IMG/VR virus record: IMGVR_UViG_3300036828_000568 | Location: 1 to 64,000 of that record | DNA from: a virus | Strand: one strand, 5' to 3' | Length of the DNA stretch: 64,000 bases | In this document: piece after piece, positions 36,957 through 47,285 of the stretch | How positions within the stretch are numbered: the stretch's first letter is position 1 | Layout: the number at the start of each line of letters is the position of its first letter | Position numbers and translations under genes: made by a program | Notes under the pieces: generated by a model | Database searches by the model: none | What the model was told of the DNA's origin: nothing | Seen by the model: only the letters and a program-made list of their open reading frames with translations

Positions 36957-37526
36957 ATGACTAAACCAGCTCTGAACAGGAAATTAAACCTAGTTCTGAG
37001 TGTAGAAACCGAAAAGGGGCCAGTCCACATCCACTCAAGTCCAATAAGTAGGGAAATCTTCGAAGATAATTTCCTTACAATATCCCGGGCCTTTACCGCT
37101 GTCTACACGAACGGATTAGGACCAGTGACAGGGCCGCGAGTTGCGGCTCTATTGCTTAAGGAAGAAGCGAAGAAACTTGGCGTCTGGGAACGAACCCAAC
37201 AGTCGCTAATGGCCGAAATCTACCGGTTAACAAACGTGATTGCTCCTGGTGATGGTGGCTGGGAAACTATGCCGTATGACATTGCCAAGAAGCGTGGTGT
37301 AATAGATGAGGACGCAGCGGCAGAGGTAGAAAACTGCATCGTATATTTTATATGCGCCTCGTCAATTCACCTGAGAGCGGAAATGGCAGTGGCGCTGGAA
37401 GGGTTGAACACTCTCTGGAGCGCGCAAACTACATCGTCGAATTGTACGGAATACATGCGCTCCTTGCCGATATCGACGCAGGAAGAGAATACTGGCGAGA
37501 ATCAGACGATAGCGGTGAATCAATAA
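36957..37526 (+). CDS. tail assembly chaperone
   Basis: between tube and tape-measure-like gene. Confidence 0.6.
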   Translation: MTKPALNRKLNLVLSVETEKGPVHIHSSPISREIFEDNFLTISRAFTAVYTNGLGPVTGPRVAALLLKEEAKKLGVWERTQQSLMAEIYRLTNVIAPGDGGWETMPYDIAKKRGVIDEDAAAEVENCIVYFICASSIHLRAEMAVALEGLNTLWSAQTTSSNCTEYMRSLPISTQEENTGENQTIAVNQ

Positions 37527-37658
37527 TCCATTCTTGCCTTGATTGGCTGATGGATGAGGGGTTCGCCAAGTTTTTTGATCAATTTGAACTATCCTGGCCG
37601 CACACATCTCGGTTGCAGTGGCAGCAGAGATATATGATCGCGATGTGGAAAGCTTGAA

Positions 37659-40600
37659 ATGGCTTACAAAGCGGCCATAAAGATTACTCCTCAGTTTGAT
37701 CCTGCTGGTGATTTGCAGAAATTGACATTGACTGTGCAAAGATTGAATGCACAGACTCAGCAGCTTAATCAAAAGTTTTCAGCACGAATACTTCCATTTA
37801 ACCCTAAGCTTCAATCCAACAGCCAACTAATCGCACAACACAGCCGACGTACCGCTCGAGCTATAGATAGGCTCGAGCGAATTTTTAATAGCGTTGTGAG
37901 TCGATTGATACAGACACTAGGGGGAATGTCTAGGTTTATAATCAGAGGATTTAACGTCGAGGCATTCGTTATATCCCCGGTTATGGGTCTAATAGGATCG
38001 GTAAGCCTGGGTATCTTACCGATGATGCTTGCTACGGCAACTGGAATATTCAAATGGTTGTGGAATAAGGTTGCAGAACTAGGTGATGCAATGATACAGG
38101 ACCGTATGCTCGCAATGCGTGCGGGCACCACGGTCGGGGCGATAAGAGCGTTTAGAACTGCTTTCCCTATGATTAATGATCCTAATTTAATTGGGAACGT
38201 TGCTCTTACTCGTATTGACCTAACTAGCCGAGCAACATCTGTTCTACATTGGCTTTTGAAGGTTAAAAAGTCTAATGATTCAATGACGGTTATTGTAGAT
38301 ACCCTTATTCAAGCCAGGGAATTTATGAAGAAAGAATCTGCTGATAGGGCCATTTTGAGTGCCCAAAACTTTAAATTGTTAGAAACTATGAATGCTCAAA
38401 CTTTATTGAACTTGCGTGAAATGACTGATGACGAATTTATGCATACGATTGAACAATATCATACCCTACGACCAAGATTTTCACAAACTGTAGAAGCCCA
38501 GAATATGCTTGTTGATTTTATTCTTCAAATAAAAAGAATGTGGACTAATATCGAAACAAAACTTGGAAAGACATTAGTAGAGACTGGCATTACGAAATCT
38601 TTAGAAAACTTGAGTAAGGCTACACTAGATTTTATTGATTTTGGATTACATCTACCGGTTACTCAAAGAATGTTTAAGGGTTTAGAAGGAGATATACAGT
38701 GGTTTGCTGATTGGTTGGGTGATACCAAAAATCAGAAAAGAGTTGGTAAAATTGTTCAAGATATGATACTTAATTTTGAAAAAGGAGTTGCATACTTAGT
38801 AGAATTTTCTGGTAATGTAGAAGAAGCCCGTGAAATGCGCCGGGAAATTCTGCGCTTTGAAGCCCGTGAAGGGCGTCGTGAACGTGGACTTCCTGCAAGG
38901 CCACGACGTATGCCTGGGGTTCCTGGTGGAGTAGTTAGGTCTTTTGGACCTAAGCTGCCGGAAGGGCAAAGACTACAACCCGATCAAACTAGAAAGCCAG
39001 TGCCTACAGAAAAACCAGATTCATCAGGAACACGCCCCCAAACTCCATCTACTCCAACGACGAGAGCAACACCTCCTACCGGTACATCGCCTTCAACGCC
39101 TTCTACTACTGCTCCAGGTTCAACTCGACCAGCTCTAACTCCTACCCCGTTAGGACCGTATAATCGACCACGCGGTCCTGCGATTGAACACCCACATTGG
39201 ACTCGACACCCTACCAAGGTTCGTCCTTCTCCTTTTCCAGCTCCTGCTCGCCCCGCTCCTGCCCCCGCTCCTGCCCCCGCTCCTGCCCCCGTTGCTCCTG
39301 CTCCTACTCCACCTGCTGCTTCACCTAAATTGGGTGAAACTCGTGTAAGACCTGATGGTAAGATTGAACAGTGGAATGGTTATCAGTGGCAAGGACCAGT
39401 TGCGCCAGGAGGAACAGGTCGCCCCGCGCCTGCTCCTGCTCCTATTCCTGTCCCTTCACCACAACCATCTAATGTACCTCTAGGTCCTTATAACCGTCAA
39501 CGTGGTGATCCACGTTGGACTCGACATCCTCAAGCCCCTTTAGAGCCTTCTGGTCGCCCAAGGGATGCCCCGTTTACAGGAGATCCGTTTACTGCGGCAA
39601 GAGTCCCAGGTCAAAGGGGGGGACCTTCTGGTCCGCCTGCGTATGGTCCGCCCAAGCCACCGTTTCAACCGGTTACGGAAGATGATATAATTCAGCGTCG
39701 GTTTAGAACAAATCAACGAGTACCAATAGATCCACGCCGGTATCCTGATCGCCCGTCTGGTAGGCCCAGAGATGCTCCGTTTACAGGGGCTCCCCCTACT
39801 ACAGCAGGAATTCCGAGTTTAATAGAACAGCAGCGTGCTCCTCTTAGACCTTCTGGTCGTCCTAGAGATGCTCCGTTTACTGGAGGTCAATTTGATCCTG
39901 TTACAGGGATGCCGCGTAGTGCAGTCGGAATTCCAGGTGCAGTGGGTGGACCTTCTGGTCCTGCTGCTCCTAGGGCTCCGGTAATTCCTGTGACTCGTGG
40001 ACCATTACCTTTTGAACCGCCTAAACCTCCGATGCAACCAATTATAGAAGGTGATAGAATACCACGTCCGTTTAGAACAGGTCAAAGAGTACCAATAGAT
40101 CCGAATAGGTATCCATTACCATCTGGCAGGCCCAGAGATACACCGTTTACCGGCGCACCTCCGTCCGCAGCCGGTGTTCGTGGAGCTCAAGGTGGACCTT
40201 CTGGTGCTGCGGCATATGGTCCACCTAAACCACGACCAGGTTCAGAAATTCTGGATAATGACATTATAACACGTCAATTTAGAACGGGGCAACGAGTTCC
40301 AATAGATCCGCGTCGATATCCTGACAGACCTTCTGGTCGTCCTAGAGATGCTCCGTTTACGGGAAGACCTTATGACCCGGTTGGCGTGGCTCCCTTGACA
40401 GAACGTCAGGAAAGGTTGTCTCGTCCATCTCCATTTCCTGGACCTCCCACTGCTCCTGCTCCTAGTCCTGCTCCTGCTCCTACTACTTCTGGTGTACCTT
40501 CAACTCGTACTGCTCCTACTGGTTCAGTTCCTTCTCCGGTAGGACAACAAGTTTTACCACCATCGGCTACTGTCGGTGTACGACCCCCATTTCAAGCTGG

Positions 40601-42542
40601 TCCTCCACCGTTAGTAGCTGGACCGGGTGGAAAGGTAAATGAAACAGATTTCTATAGTAATGTAAGAGAAAAATTTAGACTTTCTCCATTGAATGGTTTT
40701 GTTCCTAAAGACGGTGATAGATGGGGTATTAAAACTGGAAGTCCTGATGAATGGGCCAGATTGGCGGTTGCAACAGCAAAACAAGAAAATAATATGGACG
40801 CTACTCCTAATAAAGATGGTGGAATGCTTCAATTTAAACAGGAAGATCTTAAGCGTTTGGGTGTCACAGGTAATGTTGCTGATCCAAATGCACAGACACA
40901 AGCTCTCGTAAATCAGTGGTCAAAAAATGTCCCTGCATCTGGTGTTTTTAGTTCACCTGTTCCAAAAGGAACACCAGGATCAACTACTTTTTCTAATGGT
41001 AGTACGTGGGGTGGAGCAGGAACAGAATTTGGATCATTGCAATGGGGTCCGACTGCAACTAATTTGAAAACAATACCAAGTCGATTGGAACATGCAGATA
41101 TAGAAAAACATCTGCCTGCGGCGGATGAACTGCAAAAACAAGTTGGAGTACAAAATGCGGCTGATGCGCCAATGTGGGATAGGCCATGGGAGAAAGTGAA
41201 AGCAACATCTGGTGACACTGGTTATGTTGGGACTGGTGGATTTAATTTTATGGGAAGTAAACGAGCTAAAGATATGGGGATGGGGGATGTTTCCCTGTAT
41301 TCTGCTACAGCTCAACAAACATTTGAGACAGGAATCACTGATGGAAAAGGACCAGCAGTCATTCGTGCGAATAAATACGCTGGTCCTGATATAGCTGGTT
41401 TCTTAAAAGATCTGCATGATGCCGGTGCTCCTCTTAAAGATTTTGCTGGTGCTTATGTTCAAAAACCTCGACAACACGGTCATGGTAACGCGGTAGATAT
41501 TGAAACTGGATTTGGTGGTGGGCCTGATAATAGCCCTGCTCTATATAAATGGGCTAAGGAAAATCCTGAATTATTTCAAAAAATACAAGATGATCATCAT
41601 ATGAAGAACCTTACTAAAGAAGCTAGTGGTGTGAATGATTGGGGGCATTTTGAATGGTCGCCACAAAGAAAGGCTACACCGGCCGAAATGGAGGCTCGTA
41701 AAAAGAGTAATTGGCCCGATTCTAAAGAGGCAAAAGAAGGAGTAGCTCCTAAGGGTCTTCCCACTGGTGATGATCAAACATATACTAAAGATTGGGCTGT
41801 ACCGAATACGGTGTTAGGAAGAGAACAATGGAAATGGACTCAGCCGAATGCCGGGGTTCCTTCTACAAATCAGCCTTCAACTACAGTGACACCGACTGGT
41901 AAACCATGGCCAACTGTTGATGTGCCAAAAGCATTGGAAAAAATGCAGACAGATCCTGAAACTGGTCAACAAATATTCCCTAGAGAAAGGCTTACTCCAC
42001 AAAAAGGTGGAATTCCTGCGCCACATGTTCCTCATCTTCCTAAAATGGTGAAAGGAGCTCCTTATAGAGGAATATTTGATACACCTAAAGATGTTCCTTG
42101 GTATCTTGATACACCATCTACCTCACTTGTGCCTACTGATTTAAAGAATAAGAAGAAGAATGAACCTGCTCAAAAACCTCCACCTCCAAGATGGACTGAA
42201 GGAGAAGCTCTTCCCTATACTAATTATGATCCTAATGCAAATCCAATGGATAATTTGAGAATATTGAATAGTTCTGATGCAAGAGCGACATGGGCCAAGC
42301 CATACGGTTCAGATGTTCGTGATATTCCATATCCCCCGGCAGAGGATAAACCCAAAACCCAGGTTGAAGATCCTGATAAGGGTGAAAAGAAAAATCAAGA
42401 TACAGACAAGCCGAAAGATTCTGATAAACCGACTAAAGATAATGATAAACCAGCTCAAGATTCTGATAATAATAATTCTGATTCTAATACTTCTACAGAC
42501 GCACCTACTGCTGAAGATCATCCTGCCGACACGGATTCCTAA
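37659..42542 (+). CDS. tape-measure-like protein with Pro-rich repeats and putative peptidoglycan-hydrolase domains
   Basis: helical N-terminal ~400 aa; PSGRPRD(A/T)PFTG x5; AKQE...GMLQF; HGHGNAVDI...DWGHFE. Confidence 0.7.
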   Translation: MAYKAAIKITPQFDPAGDLQKLTLTVQRLNAQTQQLNQKFSARILPFNPKLQSNSQLIAQHSRRTARAIDRLERIFNSVVSRLIQTLGGMSRFIIRGFNVEAFVISPVMGLIGSVSLGILPMMLATATGIFKWLWNKVAELGDAMIQDRMLAMRAGTTVGAIRAFRTAFPMINDPNLIGNVALTRIDLTSRATSVLHWLLKVKKSNDSMTVIVDTLIQAREFMKKESADRAILSAQNFKLLETMNAQTLLNLREMTDDEFMHTIEQYHTLRPRFSQTVEAQNMLVDFILQIKRMWTNIETKLGKTLVETGITKSLENLSKATLDFIDFGLHLPVTQRMFKGLEGDIQWFADWLGDTKNQKRVGKIVQDMILNFEKGVAYLVEFSGNVEEAREMRREILRFEAREGRRERGLPARPRRMPGVPGGVVRSFGPKLPEGQRLQPDQTRKPVPTEKPDSSGTRPQTPSTPTTRATPPTGTSPSTPSTTAPGSTRPALTPTPLGPYNRPRGPAIEHPHWTRHPTKVRPSPFPAPARPAPAPAPAPAPAPVAPAPTPPAASPKLGETRVRPDGKIEQWNGYQWQGPVAPGGTGRPAPAPAPIPVPSPQPSNVPLGPYNRQRGDPRWTRHPQAPLEPSGRPRDAPFTGDPFTAARVPGQRGGPSGPPAYGPPKPPFQPVTEDDIIQRRFRTNQRVPIDPRRYPDRPSGRPRDAPFTGAPPTTAGIPSLIEQQRAPLRPSGRPRDAPFTGGQFDPVTGMPRSAVGIPGAVGGPSGPAAPRAPVIPVTRGPLPFEPPKPPMQPIIEGDRIPRPFRTGQRVPIDPNRYPLPSGRPRDTPFTGAPPSAAGVRGAQGGPSGAAAYGPPKPRPGSEILDNDIITRQFRTGQRVPIDPRRYPDRPSGRPRDAPFTGRPYDPVGVAPLTERQERLSRPSPFPGPPTAPAPSPAPAPTTSGVPSTRTAPTGSVPSPVGQQVLPPSATVGVRPPFQAGPPPLVAGPGGKVNETDFYSNVREKFRLSPLNGFVPKDGDRWGIKTGSPDEWARLAVATAKQENNMDATPNKDGGMLQFKQEDLKRLGVTGNVADPNAQTQALVNQWSKNVPASGVFSSPVPKGTPGSTTFSNGSTWGGAGTEFGSLQWGPTATNLKTIPSRLEHADIEKHLPAADELQKQVGVQNAADAPMWDRPWEKVKATSGDTGYVGTGGFNFMGSKRAKDMGMGDVSLYSATAQQTFETGITDGKGPAVIRANKYAGPDIAGFLKDLHDAGAPLKDFAGAYVQKPRQHGHGNAVDIETGFGGGPDNSPALYKWAKENPELFQKIQDDHHMKNLTKEASGVNDWGHFEWSPQRKATPAEMEARKKSNWPDSKEAKEGVAPKGLPTGDDQTYTKDWAVPNTVLGREQWKWTQPNAGVPSTNQPSTTVTPTGKPWPTVDVPKALEKMQTDPETGQQIFPRERLTPQKGGIPAPHVPHLPKMVKGAPYRGIFDTPKDVPWYLDTPSTSLVPTDLKNKKKNEPAQKPPPPRWTEGEALPYTNYDPNANPMDNLRILNSSDARATWAKPYGSDVRDIPYPPAEDKPKTQVEDPDKGEKKNQDTDKPKDSDKPTKDNDKPAQDSDNNNSDSNTSTDAPTAEDHPADTDS

Positions 42543-44140
42543 TGCGATATTATAGCATTTCTATCGATAAAGCTCCAGGGGTATTTAAACCGGCGGAAGG
42601 AGCATCTATTCCTGGTGCCCTGTGGGATACGTGGATTAATGGGGTAAATGATTTTGGTGCTCAGCAGATTGAATTTTCAATAGAAATGCAAGAAACTGCT
42701 GCTCCAACTAATAATTCACAAATTGTTATCAAGGGGGTAAGTTGGGATCAAATTAAAGAAACAAATAATCTTATAAATAAAGGGATTTTGATGCACGCTG
42801 GTATGAAACCAGGGTTGCCCCTTGCCACGGCGCAATCCCAGCACTATACTGAACTCTTCCGTGGAATTATTCTTAGGGCCTGGGGTAACTGGGAAGGCAC
42901 CGAAATGAGTATCGGCCTACAGGTTGCTTCCGGTAAGGCAGCGGAAAAGAGTGCTGATAGTGGAGGGGGTAAGGGCGGAAGTCAGCTTGCAGGTCTAGCA
43001 GAATCTTTGATTGGGAGTTTTGGTGGAGGTGGAGGTGGGAGTGCTGCCGCTGTAATTGCACGACACAATTATCTAAGAAATGTAGACAAGCTTCGTTTTC
43101 AACGAACTGGTCCACGTTCTATTGATGGAAGGCCATTTTCACGCGGACCAGTTTCACAGAGCCCAGGAGTTCAGCCACTTGATACTGGTGGGAATGGTGG
43201 TACGAGTGCTGGCTTTGATATGAGTGGTACAGGAATTAGTAGTCCACAAGTAGGAGGTGATTTTTTCGGGGGAGGTACACCTGGATTAACAGATCCTCTT
43301 AATCTTATTCATAACATGATGCCGAATATGCCAATGTCTTCAGCCGTTCAACAAATGCTTTCTAAAGCATTCCCTGGAGCTAATATCATCACAAATATTC
43401 ATCCTGGCCTTAAACTTCCTCACCAGGATGCAGGCATGTATCAAAGCATGTCTCAAGTTATGCCTTTCTTAAAGAATTTAAGTCAATCAATATTAGGGGC
43501 TAAGAACTATACCGGGGTTAGAGCTGCCTCATACGGTGATACTGTTCACGTGTTTGATGGTACACAGCCTCCTATTAATTCCGGTTTGATTCAGGTTATA
43601 GATATTATTGGACAACCTACATGGATTGATCAGCAACGAATTCATCTAAAAACTGTGTTGCGAGCAGATTTACATATTGGTGATAGATTTACACTTCCGT
43701 CAAATATCTTAATGGCATTAAGTCCTGAAGCTAACGTCTTAGGAGCAAACGGAGCAGCCAGTCCACAACGGTCACATGTTACTGTAGAAGGGATGGTATT
43801 TAGAATATATAAAATTCTGCATGTTGGTGATTTTCGAAGTCCACACGGTTCTGATTGGAGTTCAAATTATGAGGCTCAAGTAGAAGGAGAAGGAGGTACA
43901 ACTCCTCCTGGTGCTGATTCTGGTGCGAGTGTAAATAGTTCGAGTCAGCAGCAAAATCCTAATAATCAACCAACGAGTGAAGAACCCCCCGCTGTTCCTT
44001 CTCAAATACCAGGAGTAACTGTGCCTCCTTCGATTGATACTACTCCACAAAAATTGGGAATATCTCCACCCTTTAAGAAGGATATTCCTCAGAATGTTTC
44101 TTTCGGTTCTAAGTACACTCGTAAGACAAGGCACTACTGA
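42542..44140 (+). CDS. baseplate hub protein
   Basis: MRYYSISI, AGMKPGLPLA, GNWEG, IGQPTW, HVGDFRSP...W. Confidence 0.7.
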   Translation: MRYYSISIDKAPGVFKPAEGASIPGALWDTWINGVNDFGAQQIEFSIEMQETAAPTNNSQIVIKGVSWDQIKETNNLINKGILMHAGMKPGLPLATAQSQHYTELFRGIILRAWGNWEGTEMSIGLQVASGKAAEKSADSGGGKGGSQLAGLAESLIGSFGGGGGGSAAAVIARHNYLRNVDKLRFQRTGPRSIDGRPFSRGPVSQSPGVQPLDTGGNGGTSAGFDMSGTGISSPQVGGDFFGGGTPGLTDPLNLIHNMMPNMPMSSAVQQMLSKAFPGANIITNIHPGLKLPHQDAGMYQSMSQVMPFLKNLSQSILGAKNYTGVRAASYGDTVHVFDGTQPPINSGLIQVIDIIGQPTWIDQQRIHLKTVLRADLHIGDRFTLPSNILMALSPEANVLGANGAASPQRSHVTVEGMVFRIYKILHVGDFRSPHGSDWSSNYEAQVEGEGGTTPPGADSGASVNSSSQQQNPNNQPTSEEPPAVPSQIPGVTVPPSIDTTPQKLGISPPFKKDIPQNVSFGSKYTRKTRHY

Positions 44141-45969
44141 TGGCTAAGACTATTAATCTTACCGTACAAGTAGATGACTCGCAGTTCCAAAAGTTCATGC
44201 GGGACTATACGGCGTTTTCAAATCAAGTGAAAACGCTGCAAGTCAATTTCAAGGCTGTGACCAATACAATAAGTCAGGCACAAAAACAGACAATAGATTG
44301 GCAAAAGTCTTTACAGGGTGTTAATAATTTCATAACAGGGATTGTTCCTGGGGTAAAGAAAATCACTGAACATTTTTCCAAGTGGGCTGCTCTTATTGGC
44401 GGCATTGGGATGATGTTGGGGACTGGCAGTATACTTGGAATTGATCGGTTGGCGAATACGTTGGTTCAGCGCCGTCGCCAGATGCTAATGCTGGGAGGTG
44501 ATTGGGGCGGCATTCAGGCTCGTCAGCTAGGCGCACAAGGCACCATTTCCGATACTATGGGAGTTATGCAAAGAATTCAGTATGGTAAGATGGGTGACGT
44601 TCTTACTCGTGCTGGTCTACAGGCGGCTGGCGTTAATTTGAAGGATGTACTAGATCCCAATAAAAGTTCTGCGGATATTTTTGAAGATGTTATTCGGAAA
44701 ATGCCTGAAACGTTCAAACAGGCAGAACCAGGACAGGAACTTCAGTTTATTATTGGTCGTCATTTAGACAAAATAATGCCAGTTGAAGAATGGATGAAAT
44801 TTATCAAGCCTGGGGGCGGTGTTGATATAAATGAACAACAGCGAGTATTGAGAAATATTGAAGAACAAAAGAAACATCCCGGTCTTACCCCGGAAGAGGG
44901 GCGTTCCTGGGCGGATCTGTATACAGCGGCCAAGGCTTTCGTAACTGATATACAGACTAAGCTCGGTTCATCGCTTTCTGGCATTGCTGGCTCGCTTACC
45001 GAAGTCAGTAAAGGATTCAGTAACCTACTGGATGCTCTTTTAGATTCCCCGGCTGTTAAGAGAGCCTTGGCACAAGTCAAAGAATGGTTAGATTCATTTG
45101 CAGAATACTTGAAAGGGGATGAGGCTAAGAAAAAACTGCAAGAATGGACTGAGGAAATGGAAAAAATTCCTTGGGCCAAGTTAGGTGAAGTGATTGGGAC
45201 GTTCATTGAAAACTTAGGAACAGTTATTAGAGCGTTGTTGGCGTTGAAGGGATTAACCATGGGAGCCGCTGTAGGTGGAGCAGTAGGTGGTCCTTTGGGA
45301 GCCGCTGTAGGTGGAGTAGTAGGAGCAGGAGTTGGGTGGTTTTCACCGGAACTTCTTCAAGGAGCATTTACCGGGAAACTTCCTTGGCCAGGAGCCCCTG
45401 GTCAAGCAGATCGCCAAGAATTACAACAGGAGCAAACTCCTGGTCAACAAAAATTCAATAATTACATGGACTATTTCCTAAACGGATTAGGAGGATGGTT
45501 TGGTTTCGGAAAGCAACAACAGGCTCCTACATTCCCGGTAAATCCGATGGATCCTAATGCTACTGTTCCACCGGCAGCGACAGGACAACCTCAACAGCAG
45601 CAGCAAGGAGCAGTGGTAGGTCCTTCGAATTTTGCTTTTAATAATAGTCCAGTTAATAATATGATAGCTTCTGGAGGCAGTAGAACTTCGCTTGCGATGG
45701 CAGGTGGAGGTGGAGGTAGTCCAACATCATCTGTTAATGTTGCTTCAATGGCAGGATCAGTTAGAAGCTTTGCTCCACGAACAACAGGAACTGGTGGGGA
45801 TTTTACATCATCAACTCAATTAGCATTGAATATGGCTAATGGAGGAAGACAGAGGGGGCGGAGTGGTCCATTAGATGTAGATAATTGGCAAATGAACAGA
45901 ACTGCACAGCTTCGTATTGATAATGTTGCAGGAGCAAGTGTGTTTGCTACTGGAGTAGGATTAGCCTGA
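44140..45969 (+). CDS. second tape-measure-like protein
   Basis: 609 aa, helical, GAAVGG repeats. Confidence 0.6.
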   Translation: MAKTINLTVQVDDSQFQKFMRDYTAFSNQVKTLQVNFKAVTNTISQAQKQTIDWQKSLQGVNNFITGIVPGVKKITEHFSKWAALIGGIGMMLGTGSILGIDRLANTLVQRRRQMLMLGGDWGGIQARQLGAQGTISDTMGVMQRIQYGKMGDVLTRAGLQAAGVNLKDVLDPNKSSADIFEDVIRKMPETFKQAEPGQELQFIIGRHLDKIMPVEEWMKFIKPGGGVDINEQQRVLRNIEEQKKHPGLTPEEGRSWADLYTAAKAFVTDIQTKLGSSLSGIAGSLTEVSKGFSNLLDALLDSPAVKRALAQVKEWLDSFAEYLKGDEAKKKLQEWTEEMEKIPWAKLGEVIGTFIENLGTVIRALLALKGLTMGAAVGGAVGGPLGAAVGGVVGAGVGWFSPELLQGAFTGKLPWPGAPGQADRQELQQEQTPGQQKFNNYMDYFLNGLGGWFGFGKQQQAPTFPVNPMDPNATVPPAATGQPQQQQQGAVVGPSNFAFNNSPVNNMIASGGSRTSLAMAGGGGGSPTSSVNVASMAGSVRSFAPRTTGTGGDFTSSTQLALNMANGGRQRGRSGPLDVDNWQMNRTAQLRIDNVAGASVFATGVGLA

Positions 45970-46763
45970 TGCCATTTGATGCTCAGTTAAAATATCAAAT
46001 TTGCCCGATTATCCTAACAGGTGGCACGGCTGCTCAAATGAATGGCGGCATGATGCCATTAATCAGCATGTTTGCTACGAATAGTGATATTAACTATTTA
46101 GGATTGCCATTTGACATGGGTGACTTAGATAGTGCGTTCGGGCATTTTAATGTTCTACCGGGTGGAACATTGGTTACTCAGCAGATTGCTAAATATCCAT
46201 TTGCTAATCAATGGGTTGCTGCGAATGCGGTTATCCGTGAACCATTAACTCTTTCTGTTATTATGGATTCTCCTATGCGGCCTCCATCCAATAATCCTTT
46301 TATGGATGTTTGGCAATACAAGCAATCAGTATTCACAGCGTTAAAGGCAACTCTTGATCGACACAATAATATAGGAGGAACGTACACTGTTGCTACTCCA
46401 GCTTTCATGTATGAAAACCTTGTCATGCTTTCTATGACAGATAATTCACGTGGGAATAATTCCCTGCCGCAGAATGCTTGGCGTTTTGATTTTGAAAAAC
46501 CCCTTATTACACTAACTGATTTGCAAGGGGCACAGAACCAATTAATGAGTGCAATGTCACGGGCAACTCCTAACACAGGACAGGTGACAGGACAACAACC
46601 CGGTCAATCTCAAGGTGATGCAACACAGGCTCGAACTCTAAAAATCACAGGAGGACTTACGATAAATAAACCTCAAGCTTTAACACCTCTTCCAAATCAA
46701 GGCGGTGGTAACTTTCCTGCTCTTCCTAGTCCAGCTAGTTTCCCCTATGGCGGTGTTTCGTGA
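45969..46763 (+). CDS. baseplate/tube-initiator protein
   Basis: YPFANQ.VAANA, YTVATP..Y.NL, WRFDFEKPLI. Confidence 0.65.
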   Translation: MPFDAQLKYQICPIILTGGTAAQMNGGMMPLISMFATNSDINYLGLPFDMGDLDSAFGHFNVLPGGTLVTQQIAKYPFANQWVAANAVIREPLTLSVIMDSPMRPPSNNPFMDVWQYKQSVFTALKATLDRHNNIGGTYTVATPAFMYENLVMLSMTDNSRGNNSLPQNAWRFDFEKPLITLTDLQGAQNQLMSAMSRATPNTGQVTGQQPGQSQGDATQARTLKITGGLTINKPQALTPLPNQGGGNFPALPSPASFPYGGVS

Positions 46764-47278
46764 CTACAATTATTCCATTTATACCATCTAACTTAGTGGC
46801 TCCTTCTTTTCGGGCTGTATTTGATGGTGTTGATCATAATGTGATTATTACTTGGAATGTTTCTGCACAACGATATTATGTTAATGTCTACACATCGAAC
46901 GGGGCCTGGGTTATCACTATTCCTCTTTTTGCAAGTCCTCCTGGGCGTGCAGCAGCGAACGCAGTTTATGATCCATTTCTTAATGCCGTAATTGTAGACT
47001 TGGTTGATCCTAGTTTGTGGCCTTGTCCTCTTGCTGGTCCAATAACTAAACCGGGAACGATAATTGATTATACCTTGGAAAATTTTCAACCTTTGACATA
47101 TAACGGAAGGTTTAGATCATTACACATTAATTCACAGCGGTTTTCATTTCCTATTGACTTTAATCCTGGGCAGTTGGTTGTTCTTGGTCAAGTAAGTCGA
47201 TATCTTAATATGATAGAAAGTGTATTTCAAACATCTTCCATGATTTATCGAAACGGTTCGTTCGAAATCAACCCATAG
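46760..47278 (+). CDS. baseplate protein
   Basis: ITWNVSAQRYYVNVY; position. Confidence 0.65.
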   Translation: MTTIIPFIPSNLVAPSFRAVFDGVDHNVIITWNVSAQRYYVNVYTSNGAWVITIPLFASPPGRAAANAVYDPFLNAVIVDLVDPSLWPCPLAGPITKPGTIIDYTLENFQPLTYNGRFRSLHINSQRFSFPIDFNPGQLVVLGQVSRYLNMIESVFQTSSMIYRNGSFEINP

Positions 47279-47285
47279 GTGTACC

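Noticed and set aside
37352-37657. Programmed -1 frameshift extending the tail chaperone
   Set aside because: The -1 frame is open and the position fits, but no canonical slippery heptamer was found; left uncalled.
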